Virus record (IMG/VR): IMGVR_UViG_3300037501_000255
Strand: one strand, 5' to 3'
Origin: a virus
Taxonomy: Duplodnaviria > Caudoviricetes
DNA length: 64,000 nucleotides
Positions 49,118-58,483 of the stretch are shown one piece after another. A program made the position numbers and the translations under genes. Positions within the stretch are counted from its first letter, which is position 1, and each line of letters starts with the position of its first letter. Under the pieces are notes generated by a model that was given only the letters and a program-made list of their open reading frames with translations, had not been told where the DNA came from and did no database searches.

Positions 49118-51223
49118 TCAAAGTATGGGTCCGACAATAGAGTATCTGGTATCTGACATGCCAATAAGATCGAATAGAAGGTAGTTCTGTCCGCCAATAT
49201 TGATGATATCCTCAGATGTTCCCCTGCCGTTACCGCAGGAGTACATGCCAATTAATTGACCTCTGACTTCCTTGCCGGAAAATCTGTTTCCAGTCCCCTC
49301 AGTAAATACTAAGTATGGCCACAGCGTGAATTCGCCGGTACGATCGTTGACATCTGTCAGTGCAGTATACTCCGCGGTGACGCCAGGTTCATATACATAT
49401 ACCTGCTCTGCTGGATCCCCGGAAGCCAAGTTATTTCCCACTCCTACGCCGGGCGTGTTTACGCAGTTAAGTGCCATCGCATAACGAGTCATGGCAGCTG
49501 TTGCAATAACAGCCTGTATATCGAAACCAATCAGTGAGTTGGTTGGATAGTCGTTCTTTAGCTCGGCCAATGTAATGCTGGTGCCGGGATTTATAGCTGT
49601 AATTTGCGTATGCTCGTTTTTTATTACATTTTGCGTAATATTTTGTATGGTTCCGGTAACTGCAGTCGGCGATCCTCGATCTATATCGCATATGTATATG
49701 CGCTGACCAACAGTAAATTGTGAAGTGCTGGCCACAGGAACAACCTGATTTACCCCGGCCCCTACAGCCGACGTTGTGCGCACCTGAGTGGTATCATCAT
49801 AGAAACTGTCTATTCTACCGATATAGCAATGATGGTATTTTCCTGATAGGCTTTTCGTAACAACAATCAACCTATCTTTGTTTACTATTATCCAATATTT
49901 TTGCTGTTCATTCGCGAAGGCTCGCACTCTGGCCTGATTACAGTAGTGCGTGTGTATGGTAGACGATTCGTTTATGTCTGCCCACATATAATTTACGCCC
50001 GCCAGAGTCCAGGATGCCGTCCCAGCCGGCGTTATATCCTGGTAATAGAATTCGCGACCTGTAGAACCTGCATCAGCTGCGCTGTACAGCAGTCTGCCAT
50101 AACCATCAAATTCCAAACCTGAGCCGCCGGATGGTGTGAGCGGCAGCGATGTCGCCGTTTGCCACGTGGGGGCATAGCCACCTACAGGCAATCCTGTGTC
50201 CTGTAGATCTATAAAATAGAGTTGTGATCCATTTATACCGCGATTTACATACAGTCTGTGATTAGTTATGCCGCCAGCGCCCTTTGGAACAATTGCAGCC
50301 CTGCTACCACGAGTATGTACCGTCGCTGGAAGTGCCGTAATCGAATTCCATGTATCAGTTACAATATCATATACTGCTACATTCGTATTGCCACCATCAT
50401 TAAAGTCCCCGCGTACAACATATACATATCTACCAATCGCTGCAGAACCGCGTTGGTTGTTACCATAACCCCACGGTACGTTTGATAGTTTGGTGCCGGA
50501 TATTAAAGTGCCTTCTTCATCAAATTCGTATTTATAGTATTGCGAGCCCGATGTGGCGCTGTTATAACTCGCAATTACCGCAAATCTATCGCGCTCTCTG
50601 ATATATCCGCTTGCGATAGCTCCTCCGCCATCAAACCCAAACATATAAATATTTTCACCGGTAGATATGTTGTACTTATAGAAGTTACCTTGCGCGAAGT
50701 AGTATATGAAATTCTTACCATCAAATACTGCGTTGCGTACATTAGCTTCTAGTCTACGATCGCGATTATCGCCGCCGGTGACATCGCCCCGCATATCTGT
50801 CCAACGTGAATCTCCAGATACACCGGTACGTAAATTACTCCAACGAATATCTGTGCTATTTTGTCCAACGTTTGCATACAAGCGTGGCCCAAATTTTCCT
50901 ATTTCCCCATACCCATCTACGGCTGGATTTGTGCCGCCAGAGTTAAAGTATTGGTAAGCATAGAAGTTCACATAGTCTGAGTATCCGTCCTCATCTAGAA
51001 TTTGAGGCCATCCCATATTCCACTTTTGCAGGTCTTCTATTCTATGTGCAACTCTGATGTAGTTGAAAGCGTATCCATCTTCTCCCGTAGAGAAGTATAC
51101 TCGATCTGAACTGTCGACTATAGTGGATTGCACTGACCAGCCGGATGCTATCATTGAGCTATCTATAGCATCCCACAGCGTCTGCGGGTGGTAGAATGTG
51201 CCTGATGAGAAGTAATTTGTCAT
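49118..51223 (-). CDS. Virion structural protein with inserted Kelch-like beta-propeller, 701 aa (paralog of 47039..49111)
   Basis: Blades AAIGRYVYVVRGD...VAVYDIVTDTWNSITALP; shared termini GWS...D(K/R)VYFS and EVRGQLxG.Y...ED...G.NY.LFD. Confidence 0.65.
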   Translation of the reverse strand: MTNYFSSGTFYHPQTLWDAIDSSMIASGWSVQSTIVDSSDRVYFSTGEDGYAFNYIRVAHRIEDLQKWNMGWPQILDEDGYSDYVNFYAYQYFNSGGTNPAVDGYGEIGKFGPRLYANVGQNSTDIRWSNLRTGVSGDSRWTDMRGDVTGGDNRDRRLEANVRNAVFDGKNFIYYFAQGNFYKYNISTGENIYMFGFDGGGAIASGYIRERDRFAVIASYNSATSGSQYYKYEFDEEGTLISGTKLSNVPWGYGNNQRGSAAIGRYVYVVRGDFNDGGNTNVAVYDIVTDTWNSITALPATVHTRGSRAAIVPKGAGGITNHRLYVNRGINGSQLYFIDLQDTGLPVGGYAPTWQTATSLPLTPSGGSGLEFDGYGRLLYSAADAGSTGREFYYQDITPAGTASWTLAGVNYMWADINESSTIHTHYCNQARVRAFANEQQKYWIIVNKDRLIVVTKSLSGKYHHCYIGRIDSFYDDTTQVRTTSAVGAGVNQVVPVASTSQFTVGQRIYICDIDRGSPTAVTGTIQNITQNVIKNEHTQITAINPGTSITLAELKNDYPTNSLIGFDIQAVIATAAMTRYAMALNCVNTPGVGVGNNLASGDPAEQVYVYEPGVTAEYTALTDVNDRTGEFTLWPYLVFTEGTGNRFSGKEVRGQLIGMYSCGNGRGTSEDIINIGGQNYLLFDLIGMSDTRYSIVGPIL

Positions 51224-51256
51224 AACTTACCTTTTTTCAATATTATTGATAGTCAA

Positions 51257-51460
51257 CTACGGCACCAGCGTCCCTAGAAGAGGCTCGAGACTACCTATAG
51301 TTACTGCCTGTATTTGCGCTGGAACCTCAGAAACCGCTGCAATACCCTGTACTGCTTCCAACTGGATTGCGGCGGAAGTTTCAAAAGTGGTTGTATACTC
51401 GCCCTCCTGCAATAGATCGCGTTTCTTTTTCAGAGTAGAATTGGTAGTAGCAGTCATCAT
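51257..51460 (-). CDS. Hypothetical protein, 67 aa
   Basis: Fills the gap between two minus-strand genes; SD GAGGGG upstream of the ATG. Confidence 0.5.
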   Translation of the reverse strand: MMTATTNSTLKKKRDLLQEGEYTTTFETSAAIQLEAVQGIAAVSEVPAQIQAVTIGSLEPLLGTLVP

Positions 51461-51468
51461 CCCCTCGT

Positions 51469-52296
51469 TTATGGTTGAATCTTGAGTCCTTCTTCTTGAT
51501 TTTTGATAACTTTAGCGCCAAACAGCGGCCCCATAAATGTCGGCATCGGTGATGGCTGCCCCACAATCTGACTTTGAGTATATTCTTGACGAGTGACAGA
51601 GGAGCCGCTTTGTATGAGGGATTCAAAATCAAAATCTAGACTATACAATTGTTCCGTGTGAAAGATCATCCCCTGGCTGCTGCGAATTAGCGCTTCGAAA
51701 GCAAAGTTCTGGCTATACAATTGCGCAGTATGTAAAATAAGCCCGTCTGCGACAAGTTGGCTGTCGTCTATATTTGTTGTTAGTAGTGCAAATCTGCCGC
51801 CAGGATATGAGCCAAAATGTCCAAGGCTATAGTGTGCCATATTTGATCCTGTGGTATATTGCCACGCCTGCGTGGCCGAAATATGATTGCCATTATCTTC
51901 GGCATATGCAGTGGCAGATATGTTTGTATTGGGATTTGATAGGCGCGTAGCAGAAGATGGCGTGTATGATGTGGCTGTGTTCACTACTCTAACTACCCAT
52001 CCGATATGATCGTCAAAATATCCAATATGCTTAGAGTAACTGTATCCGTCTACAGCTACTCCAGAATTAATTACAGAGCCGCCTTTCCAACTTAGATTAA
52101 GAGAGTTGAAGTTGATATTTAGTGCGCTACCTCCGGCAATATGTATTCCGAAAATGAGATCCGCATCTCTGGCTGCGGCGCCTTCAAAGTCGTATGGTGA
52201 TAGTGGGGTAATAGTGAGCGTGCCGTAGTCCGGGCGTGCGCCGAAGAAAATAAATAGTGGCATGCTATACCCCCAGGTATTGCGTAACTGATACAT
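51469..52296 (-). CDS. Hypothetical virion-associated protein, 275 aa (alternative start ATG 52263, MPLFIFF)
   Basis: Long beta-rich ORF in the structural operon with one DGY; GGGG upstream of the second ATG. Confidence 0.6.
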   Translation of the reverse strand: MYQLRNTWGYSMPLFIFFGARPDYGTLTITPLSPYDFEGAAARDADLIFGIHIAGGSALNINFNSLNLSWKGGSVINSGVAVDGYSYSKHIGYFDDHIGWVVRVVNTATSYTPSSATRLSNPNTNISATAYAEDNGNHISATQAWQYTTGSNMAHYSLGHFGSYPGGRFALLTTNIDDSQLVADGLILHTAQLYSQNFAFEALIRSSQGMIFHTEQLYSLDFDFESLIQSGSSVTRQEYTQSQIVGQPSPMPTFMGPLFGAKVIKNQEEGLKIQP

Positions 52297-52406
52297 TTAT
52301 TTGCGCATCAGTTATGATCATATTATTATATAGCATTATGCCTCTAACTGCAACATTTGTTGTAATAGCATTTGCTTCACTATAACCCAAGAAATTGCAG
52401 CGCCTA

Positions 52407-53777
52407 TCATGCGGCCGTATCTCCTGAAAGGACAAATATATTTGATGCGTACGACACAAGTGTGGCAGCGCCATACTGACCGGCAATTTTAGTATGGCCT
52501 TGCCTATTGTTTATTGTTGTACCTGATGTTGAGAATGTAACTTGTCCAGCTCCCAGCTGGACACATATACAGTTAAATCCTGGCGTTAGGCCGGCAGGGA
52601 CCGCAACTGTTATTGCGGAGGCGTTGCTTAGCGTAACTGTTTTTCCATTATCGGATTGCTGAATAGTATAAGTCGTGCCGGTCTGCGAATTAATTGCCAA
52701 ACTTGCGCCCGACAGCGTTCCTCCATCCATCTGAAGGTATCCATCAATCGTCAGAGTGGTGCCATCCCAACGAAGAGCATCGTCGTATGATACGCTTGAC
52801 GCCCCAGTCCAGAACGTCATACGATTAGCTGTACCGGAACCTGTAATACCTCCGCCAGCAGTCAGATCGTACTCTGTGCCTGCATCATTTTTGAAATACA
52901 GGAGTCCGTCAGTCTTGGCGTAGAGGCGGCCATAGCCGGATGCTGGTGTGTCGGGTGCCGCGATTTCTGCAAGTTCAACATACCCATCGGCACGCATGTT
53001 GCCGGAAATATGTAGGCTGTGTTGTGGGGACGCGGTTCCTATACCAAGTCGGTTATTTGAGTCATCCCAAAAAATATTGGCATTGTCTTGTGCGATGGTC
53101 GCACCTGAACCTACAAATAGTACAGAGCCTGTTGTACCTCCGCTAATACCGCCGCCTATCGATATAGCCCCTCCAGTGGCCTGAAGATCGGTCTCAACAC
53201 CGGCGTCATTTAGTGCGTACAACTTTCCGTCAGTTTTAAAGTATACCTTGCCCAGCCCTGACGATGGCGTAGAGGGTGTGGCAATTTCGGGAAGTTGTGC
53301 AGCGCCTGAAAATGCCCTCGCTCCCGTAGTTAGTATATATTGTGTATGGTCGTCGTCACCAAGGCCTATTAGTGAACCATGATCCGAAGTGCCGCCGCTA
53401 GCCACGCCCCATTTCAAACCAGTTTCTGTAGAAGAGTCTGCAGTTAATACATAGCCATCTGGTCCCACAGCAAATCTAAGCTGCCCATCGTACCCATCAT
53501 GCGTTAATAGGTCACCTTTGGATGTTAGCCCTACGCTATTTAATGTGAAGAATTGCAAATCTATAATCTGCAGCACTTTGCGCACATTAATATCTATGTA
53601 TAATTTGCCTAATGGCGGCCTCAGCTCATTCATTATTGTAGTCTTAGAGACTATATCAGTTAGAGCAAACAGGTCAACCTCTTCTAGTGGAATTAGCGAT
53701 ACTACTCCTAGTATAGTGAGATTCCAGCCACTAATGTTTCTAACTACAAATTTTGGTTCAACAAATGTTAATGGCAT
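52407..53777 (-). CDS. Short tail fibre / head fibre-like protein, 456 aa
   Basis: Fibre modules KGDLLTH...VGPDGYVLTADSSTETGLKW, RLGIGTASP and a duplicated EIAxPxTPxSGxGxxYxKTDGxLY; C-terminal tip domain NSQTGTTYTIQQSDNGKTV...GQYGAATLV. Confidence 0.7.
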   Translation of the reverse strand: MPLTFVEPKFVVRNISGWNLTILGVVSLIPLEEVDLFALTDIVSKTTIMNELRPPLGKLYIDINVRKVLQIIDLQFFTLNSVGLTSKGDLLTHDGYDGQLRFAVGPDGYVLTADSSTETGLKWGVASGGTSDHGSLIGLGDDDHTQYILTTGARAFSGAAQLPEIATPSTPSSGLGKVYFKTDGKLYALNDAGVETDLQATGGAISIGGGISGGTTGSVLFVGSGATIAQDNANIFWDDSNNRLGIGTASPQHSLHISGNMRADGYVELAEIAAPDTPASGYGRLYAKTDGLLYFKNDAGTEYDLTAGGGITGSGTANRMTFWTGASSVSYDDALRWDGTTLTIDGYLQMDGGTLSGASLAINSQTGTTYTIQQSDNGKTVTLSNASAITVAVPAGLTPGFNCICVQLGAGQVTFSTSGTTINNRQGHTKIAGQYGAATLVSYASNIFVLSGDTAA

Positions 53778-53784
53778 ATCTCAC

Positions 53785-55848
53785 CTATAGAATTGCAGAT
53801 GCTGCGACGAGACTGGTGGGGTATGTGTATATCTCATGAGTTTTATCGAGTTTGCGCACTGTAAGAGTTTGCTTTCCATCATCACCAAATAGTATTCTAT
53901 TTCTCTCAACATTTAGTACTTCATATCTAAATTCTTCTATTGGTATCTCACCAGGATCTATTGGAAGATACCTGACAATTATATCTCTCTTTTTTATAGT
54001 TGGTATGGCTGGTGCCCAAATTGTAATTTCATCCGTCTGAGATAGGCCGCGATATTGTATTAGCGGAATATCGTTCCTGTACGGCTGGACGCGCATTGCA
54101 ATTAACCCATTTGGATTTTCGATATTTGGCCTATATAGGCGCTGGTATAGATAGCGATCGTATCCTCCCAGTATTCTGGTGCCATAACACAAAGCACAGC
54201 GTTCGGCGCTATGCTCGCCTCTTATCGAGTATCTGGGGCATTGCTGGCCTGTCGTTTTGGCCCGTAATAGCATGAATGGTTCGCCGGTAGTGGAGAGTAG
54301 GAGTTCTTCTCTGCGCAGGTTGGCGTCGGTCAGGCGCACACCTCCACCGAATCCGTCTTCGCGTCCACCAAAATACGTGCTACACTTATTACCGGTATAT
54401 AAGTTAACTAGCGTAGTAGTATTTGCCTTGTATGTTCCACAAAGCTCATCTTGCGAAGTAAAGTCGATGTTCTCTGTTTCGAATTCCGAATGATCTTCGT
54501 GCAGATTGTCTACCTGCCATGCGCGATAGCCGTCAGGATCCTGCATGGAGGCATATCCATCTGGATCATTTGGATCTGGGGGTAGCCACGGTGAATTCGA
54601 TCCTGCATCCCATGTCGGCACAGCAAACTGGAAGCTAAGATTTATATCTTCTATTCCCTTAAATAGTTCGACTGCAGTTCCGTTTGCATGCGTCTCGAGA
54701 TTTCCCAATGAAAACGCATCTCTCTGAGAAATAGTGAATGATGTTGTGGTTTTGCTTGAGTACGCCACCACCTCATGGCCGAGTTTTAGATACCCAGAAG
54801 TAGGGAAGCCTGCTGTATCCGGTGCAACTGTGAGTGTGAGTTCGTCACTGTTGAAATACCCGTCCAGATGATTGACTGCTACAGCTGCAGGATACTCATA
54901 ATAATCTGGGCCGGGTGTGTTTAGCTGCGTGATTGGCTGATCTTCGGGATAGTACGTGGCGCGAACAGCAAAATAATAGCCGTCGCCTCCGTGTAATCCA
55001 ACTACTGCCACACTTAGCGCATCTGTAATTGCCTTCGGCGTATCGAATAGGCCATCAAGAGTAGTACTCCAATAAACGTTGTAGTACGTTTTGCTTAGTC
55101 CTGTCGGTGTTAATGCCGGTTTCCAATGAGTTTTGATGACCGAGCCTAGTCCCAAATCTTCGGCAAATTGTATGCCCGGTCTGAATGGATCCGCCCATGT
55201 GGGCAGATCAAAGGAGCAGGCTGAGGTGCGCTGGAAAAATACAGTGTTGCCCTCTTCGAATCCTTTAAAAAGCGACACTGCGTATCCAGCAGGGAATGTG
55301 TAACCGTCGTTACATCCAAATGGATTCCAATTTGATATTATGAATGCTGGATTTCCTGAACTGATACCTATCGATGAGTATAGTACAATCTCATCTCCAA
55401 TTTGTACATAGCCATCAGTAAGTGGAAATCCGGCTGTAGATGTGACTTCTAGCGCTGCCGTATTCAGTAGTGTGGAGAATGACGCGACGCTTGTGGGAGG
55501 GGCTGGATAAGCGTATGCTGTGGCATTTATAGCCATGTTGCTGAGTAGAGAAAAATCCTCGGCTACGCCCATCTGCGTCGCGCGGACAGCAAAGTAGTAG
55601 CCGTCGTTGGCTAGTGTGTAGGGTATATCTGCAGTTAACCTATCGATTGCAAATGCGCGTGGCTGGTCAAAAAGCTCGATGGGATCGTCGGACCAGTAAA
55701 TGTTATAGAAAACGAATGGGGCAGCTGGCGATGGTTGTGCCTGCGCCCAGGCAATCGTTGTTTTCTGTAACGCAATATTCTCTACCGCGCTATTAAGGCC
55801 TACTCGGTAAGGGTTTGTCCAGAGCGGTGTGGGTAGGTAACATATCAT
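53785..55848 (-). CDS. Neck / head-closure protein with Cys (zinc-ribbon-like) core and duplicated N-terminal FN3-like accessory domains, 687 aa
   Basis: C-terminal GEPFMLLRAKTTGQQCPR...RCALCYGTRILGGY...IWAPAIPTIKKRDIIVR...YEVLNVER resembles head-closure proteins of large myophages; two ~190-aa repeats containing YN(I/V)YWS and DGYYFAVRAT. Confidence 0.65.
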   Translation of the reverse strand: MICYLPTPLWTNPYRVGLNSAVENIALQKTTIAWAQAQPSPAAPFVFYNIYWSDDPIELFDQPRAFAIDRLTADIPYTLANDGYYFAVRATQMGVAEDFSLLSNMAINATAYAYPAPPTSVASFSTLLNTAALEVTSTAGFPLTDGYVQIGDEIVLYSSIGISSGNPAFIISNWNPFGCNDGYTFPAGYAVSLFKGFEEGNTVFFQRTSACSFDLPTWADPFRPGIQFAEDLGLGSVIKTHWKPALTPTGLSKTYYNVYWSTTLDGLFDTPKAITDALSVAVVGLHGGDGYYFAVRATYYPEDQPITQLNTPGPDYYEYPAAVAVNHLDGYFNSDELTLTVAPDTAGFPTSGYLKLGHEVVAYSSKTTTSFTISQRDAFSLGNLETHANGTAVELFKGIEDINLSFQFAVPTWDAGSNSPWLPPDPNDPDGYASMQDPDGYRAWQVDNLHEDHSEFETENIDFTSQDELCGTYKANTTTLVNLYTGNKCSTYFGGREDGFGGGVRLTDANLRREELLLSTTGEPFMLLRAKTTGQQCPRYSIRGEHSAERCALCYGTRILGGYDRYLYQRLYRPNIENPNGLIAMRVQPYRNDIPLIQYRGLSQTDEITIWAPAIPTIKKRDIIVRYLPIDPGEIPIEEFRYEVLNVERNRILFGDDGKQTLTVRKLDKTHEIYTYPTSLVAASAIL

Positions 55849-56333
55849 CTCTCATCCCTAAGTATTCGCTCTTTCTCCGCGCGTTCCTTACCAATAATAT
55901 CATGAAAGTCTAGTAGCTCTTTCAAATATATGTCTGCTTCTTCTTGATTTTTGTATTCTTTGATAAATCTTATCTGCTCACGAAATGCTTGCAATTCCAA
56001 CGGATTATCCAGATAGTGCTTAAACTTGTAATCTTTCGCCTTATCTACGAAGCCTGTGAGGTACTGCAGTACGTGTACGAGTTCATGCACCAGGTAGTGT
56101 AAATCATCTACTATGTTTCCGTCCTCTAGAAATTTTTTGTTTATGACGATGCTGTCTTTGTTGGCCTTGGCTGAGACTCCGATATCTCCAAATTCGATTT
56201 TAATTTTGTGAATATACTCTGGGTCTATATCAAATTTCTTAAATAGCCGCTCTACCAACTCATGTTCTTTGAGCAGGTTAATGACTTGCTCTACTAGCTC
56301 TTCCTGTTTTTTCTTACTATTGTGAATTGGCAT
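55845..56333 (-). CDS. Zincin-like HEXXH metallopeptidase, about 162 aa (start moved to ATG 56333, MPIHN)
   Basis: YLVHELVHVLQY followed by YLDNPLELQAF, which supplies a candidate third Zn ligand (Glu). Confidence 0.7.
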   Translation of the reverse strand: MPIHNSKKKQEELVEQVINLLKEHELVERLFKKFDIDPEYIHKIKIEFGDIGVSAKANKDSIVINKKFLEDGNIVDDLHYLVHELVHVLQYLTGFVDKAKDYKFKHYLDNPLELQAFREQIRFIKEYKNQEEADIYLKELLDFHDIIGKERAEKERILRDER

Positions 56334-56520
56334 ATTTGAGCTTTTTAACCCTAATCTGTTCTCTGGCTTCCTCAAATGCCGCCATATCATTATCTGATAG
56401 TTGTATATCCGAGCAGTCGCACATTATTTTTATAATCTTTGATACCTTCTTCTTGATTTTCTTAGTGCTGCTTTTGCGCATAGCTTTGAGTTCGTCAATC
56501 TGACTCTGATCCATCGTCAT
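56317..56520 (-). CDS. Small basic hypothetical protein, about 65-67 aa
   Basis: SD AGGAG upstream; bridges the membrane-protein gene and the peptidase gene with short overlaps; Lys-rich, with a CDC motif. Confidence 0.5.
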   Translation of the reverse strand: MTMDQSQIDELKAMRKSSTKKIKKKVSKIIKIMCDCSDIQLSDNDMAAFEEAREQIRVKKLKYANSQ

Positions 56521-56914
56521 CTCCTGAAAAAATTGGCGTTAGATCAGACTTACGAGAACCTAGTTGCTCTATAAGTCGATCCAGTGTTGAAAGTGTATTT
56601 GATGCCAATAAGTTGTAGTCGCGGGCCAAATCACGCATATCTTCTATTCTTTTTTCATTAAGATCTAGTATAGTTGAATTGTATTTATTATTCAACTCGT
56701 TGAGTGATGTGAGATATTTGTCGTGCAGTTTTTTAATATCGCTCACATAGTCAATCGTCGTCGGCTCGGTCTTCTTGGGCCTGCTGCGATTCTTAACATA
56801 CAAGTATATGGCGCTGCCCCAGCCAACTAATGTCGCTGCAGCCAACATACCCATGGGACCGCTGCCCCAAAGTGTTGTTATTACTTGCGAAAAGAAGGCA
56901 AGAAGTACGTCCAC
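56495..56914 (-). CDS. Single-pass membrane protein with coiled-coil tail (holin-like), 139 aa
   Basis: Hydrophobic N-terminus (GPMGMLAAATLVGWGSAIYLYV) followed by basic KNRSRPKK and a heptad-like helical C-terminus. Confidence 0.5.
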   Translation of the reverse strand: MDVLLAFFSQVITTLWGSGPMGMLAAATLVGWGSAIYLYVKNRSRPKKTEPTTIDYVSDIKKLHDKYLTSLNELNNKYNSTILDLNEKRIEDMRDLARDYNLLASNTLSTLDRLIEQLGSRKSDLTPIFSGDDDGSESD

Positions 56915-56921
56915 GTGAACC

Positions 56922-57167
56922 TCATAGTGCTATGCCGAAACCAGAGCGAGTACCACCTCCGGTAAAGGAAATTTCTTTTACCAATCCTAGATGTGTAAAT
57001 TGATAGGTGCCCGCTGTCATCGGTATGAAGTTTGTACCATCAAGACTCATATTATTTGTGCCAACAAATGTGATGATGAGGTTTGTTATCGGGCGCGTAA
57101 ATATGTGCGTCTCGGTACCGGTCGATGAAAAATTCTGAACATTAGTGTTAGCTGTCTCGATGGCCAT
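56922..57167 (-). CDS. Small beta-rich hypothetical protein, 81 aa
   Basis: SD GAGGAG upstream; Thr/Gly-rich beta-type sequence. Confidence 0.6.
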   Translation of the reverse strand: MAIETANTNVQNFSSTGTETHIFTRPITNLIITFVGTNNMSLDGTNFIPMTAGTYQFTHLGLVKEISFTGGGTRSGFGIAL

Positions 57168-57204
57168 GCGGAAGCTCCTCGTCTATGGAATATCAAGACT
57201 GTGC

Positions 57205-58419
57205 TTAAATATTAGTAGCAGTGTCATAGCGGAATTTCCAGCCGCGATGTTGGTTTTGTCGCCCCGAAATGCAGTCGTGTACGCCAGCATATGAAACAGC
57301 GAATTTTTCAACCGCTTCGGGTGCTCCGGCAAGGCGGTGCTCTTCGCCGGTAGCTATATTCGTGGCAATAATGGGGCGGCGGCGCTTTACATTAGGCTTG
57401 CCCCGCTTAACTGCAGAGCGCGCCTCTGGCGCTGATGCCGCGAAACTACGGGCCTCCTCAAACTTGGCTCGTTTTCGCTCCATCCACACAGTTGCACCGC
57501 GATATAGGTAGTCTGCTATAGACATAGCCGCCGTATTACCGCCGTATTCTAGCACTCCGATTCCGTTATTGAACCTGATGGCTTTTCCTCGTTTCCACTT
57601 GCCATTGGTGATATTGGTGTCAAATAGGTCGCGCATTTGCGATAGGAATTCCTCAGTGCCACGGATATTTAGATATACCTGGGGAATTGTTCTATTTTTA
57701 CCCAACACAGTTGTGTATGTGGACCCATCTCCATCGAAATATCCTCGTAAAAAGTGGTGTACGAGCGGGTGCTGTATTAACCATTCCGGCATAGCGAATG
57801 TATGTGCTTTTCTTACGGTGAGGCCGAATCGATGTAGATCATCAAATAGTTTATCTGAAGAAATTTGCAGGTCTGTACGCACTATATTTTCACCCAATTT
57901 ATTGACCTCGCTTAGTGTGTAATCTTTGACTTCAGAATTGTAGTTAAGGGCCCGCGCAAACTTCCGTACTTCCTCCCCATCTGATGCTGCTAAACACAGT
58001 TGTACCTGCTTGTATCTGCCTCCTTTCAATTTTAGGCATCCGTCAGCCGCCAAAAATCCCGCATAGTAAAAACTTAATTCATTATTGTTAGCGAAAAAGT
58101 CCTCGTTGCATAATATCCTAGCGCACCTATTATCCTCTAGTAAGTCCGGCGGTATCCGGTGGCGCAGAGCCTCTTTTGACACACCATAGAACTCACCCAG
58201 CTTCACTAGTGACTTTAGTTCTAAGTATTTTCCTATTAACTCTTCTGATGATATTAATTCGCACTTTGCTCTAGAATCAGACTTCGGTCCGCTGCTAATT
58301 CCATGTTTTTTTAGATGCCAATATACAGTTTGTACATTAATACCTGTAGCTCTAGCTATCTCGACTGCATTTCCGTGCTGTTGTTTGATGGTATTCCAAA
58401 AATTAAAGTCTCGCTTCAT
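57205..58419 (-). mobile_element. Free-standing LAGLIDADG homing endonuclease with N-terminal HTHs and C-terminal NUMOD1-like domain, 404 aa
   Basis: Two LAGLIDADG-type motifs (FYYAGFLAADGCL; HFLRGYFDGDGS), HTH-like AVEIARATGINVQTVYWHLKKHGI, and C-terminal RPIIATNIATGEEH...CISGRQNQHRGWKFRY; own SD AGGAGG; flanking genes are intact. Confidence 0.88.
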
Positions 58420-58483
58420 AAATCCTCCTAGCAGATCTATACAGCAGGACTTATAAAATTTGCCGGTCGCACCATAAACTCAA

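Noticed and set aside
52265-52486. 73-aa minus-strand ORF spanning the 52296-52407 gap, and short minus-strand ORFs 17884..18072, 49467..49691, 51381..51632, 61013..62083 and 62834..63735
   Set aside because: They are out-of-frame overlaps with well-supported genes and have no SD or recognisable protein features.
57168-58483. Group I intron around the LAGLIDADG gene
   Set aside because: The flanks are only about 37 and 64 nt, both neighbouring genes end and start normally, and there is no room for an intron core.
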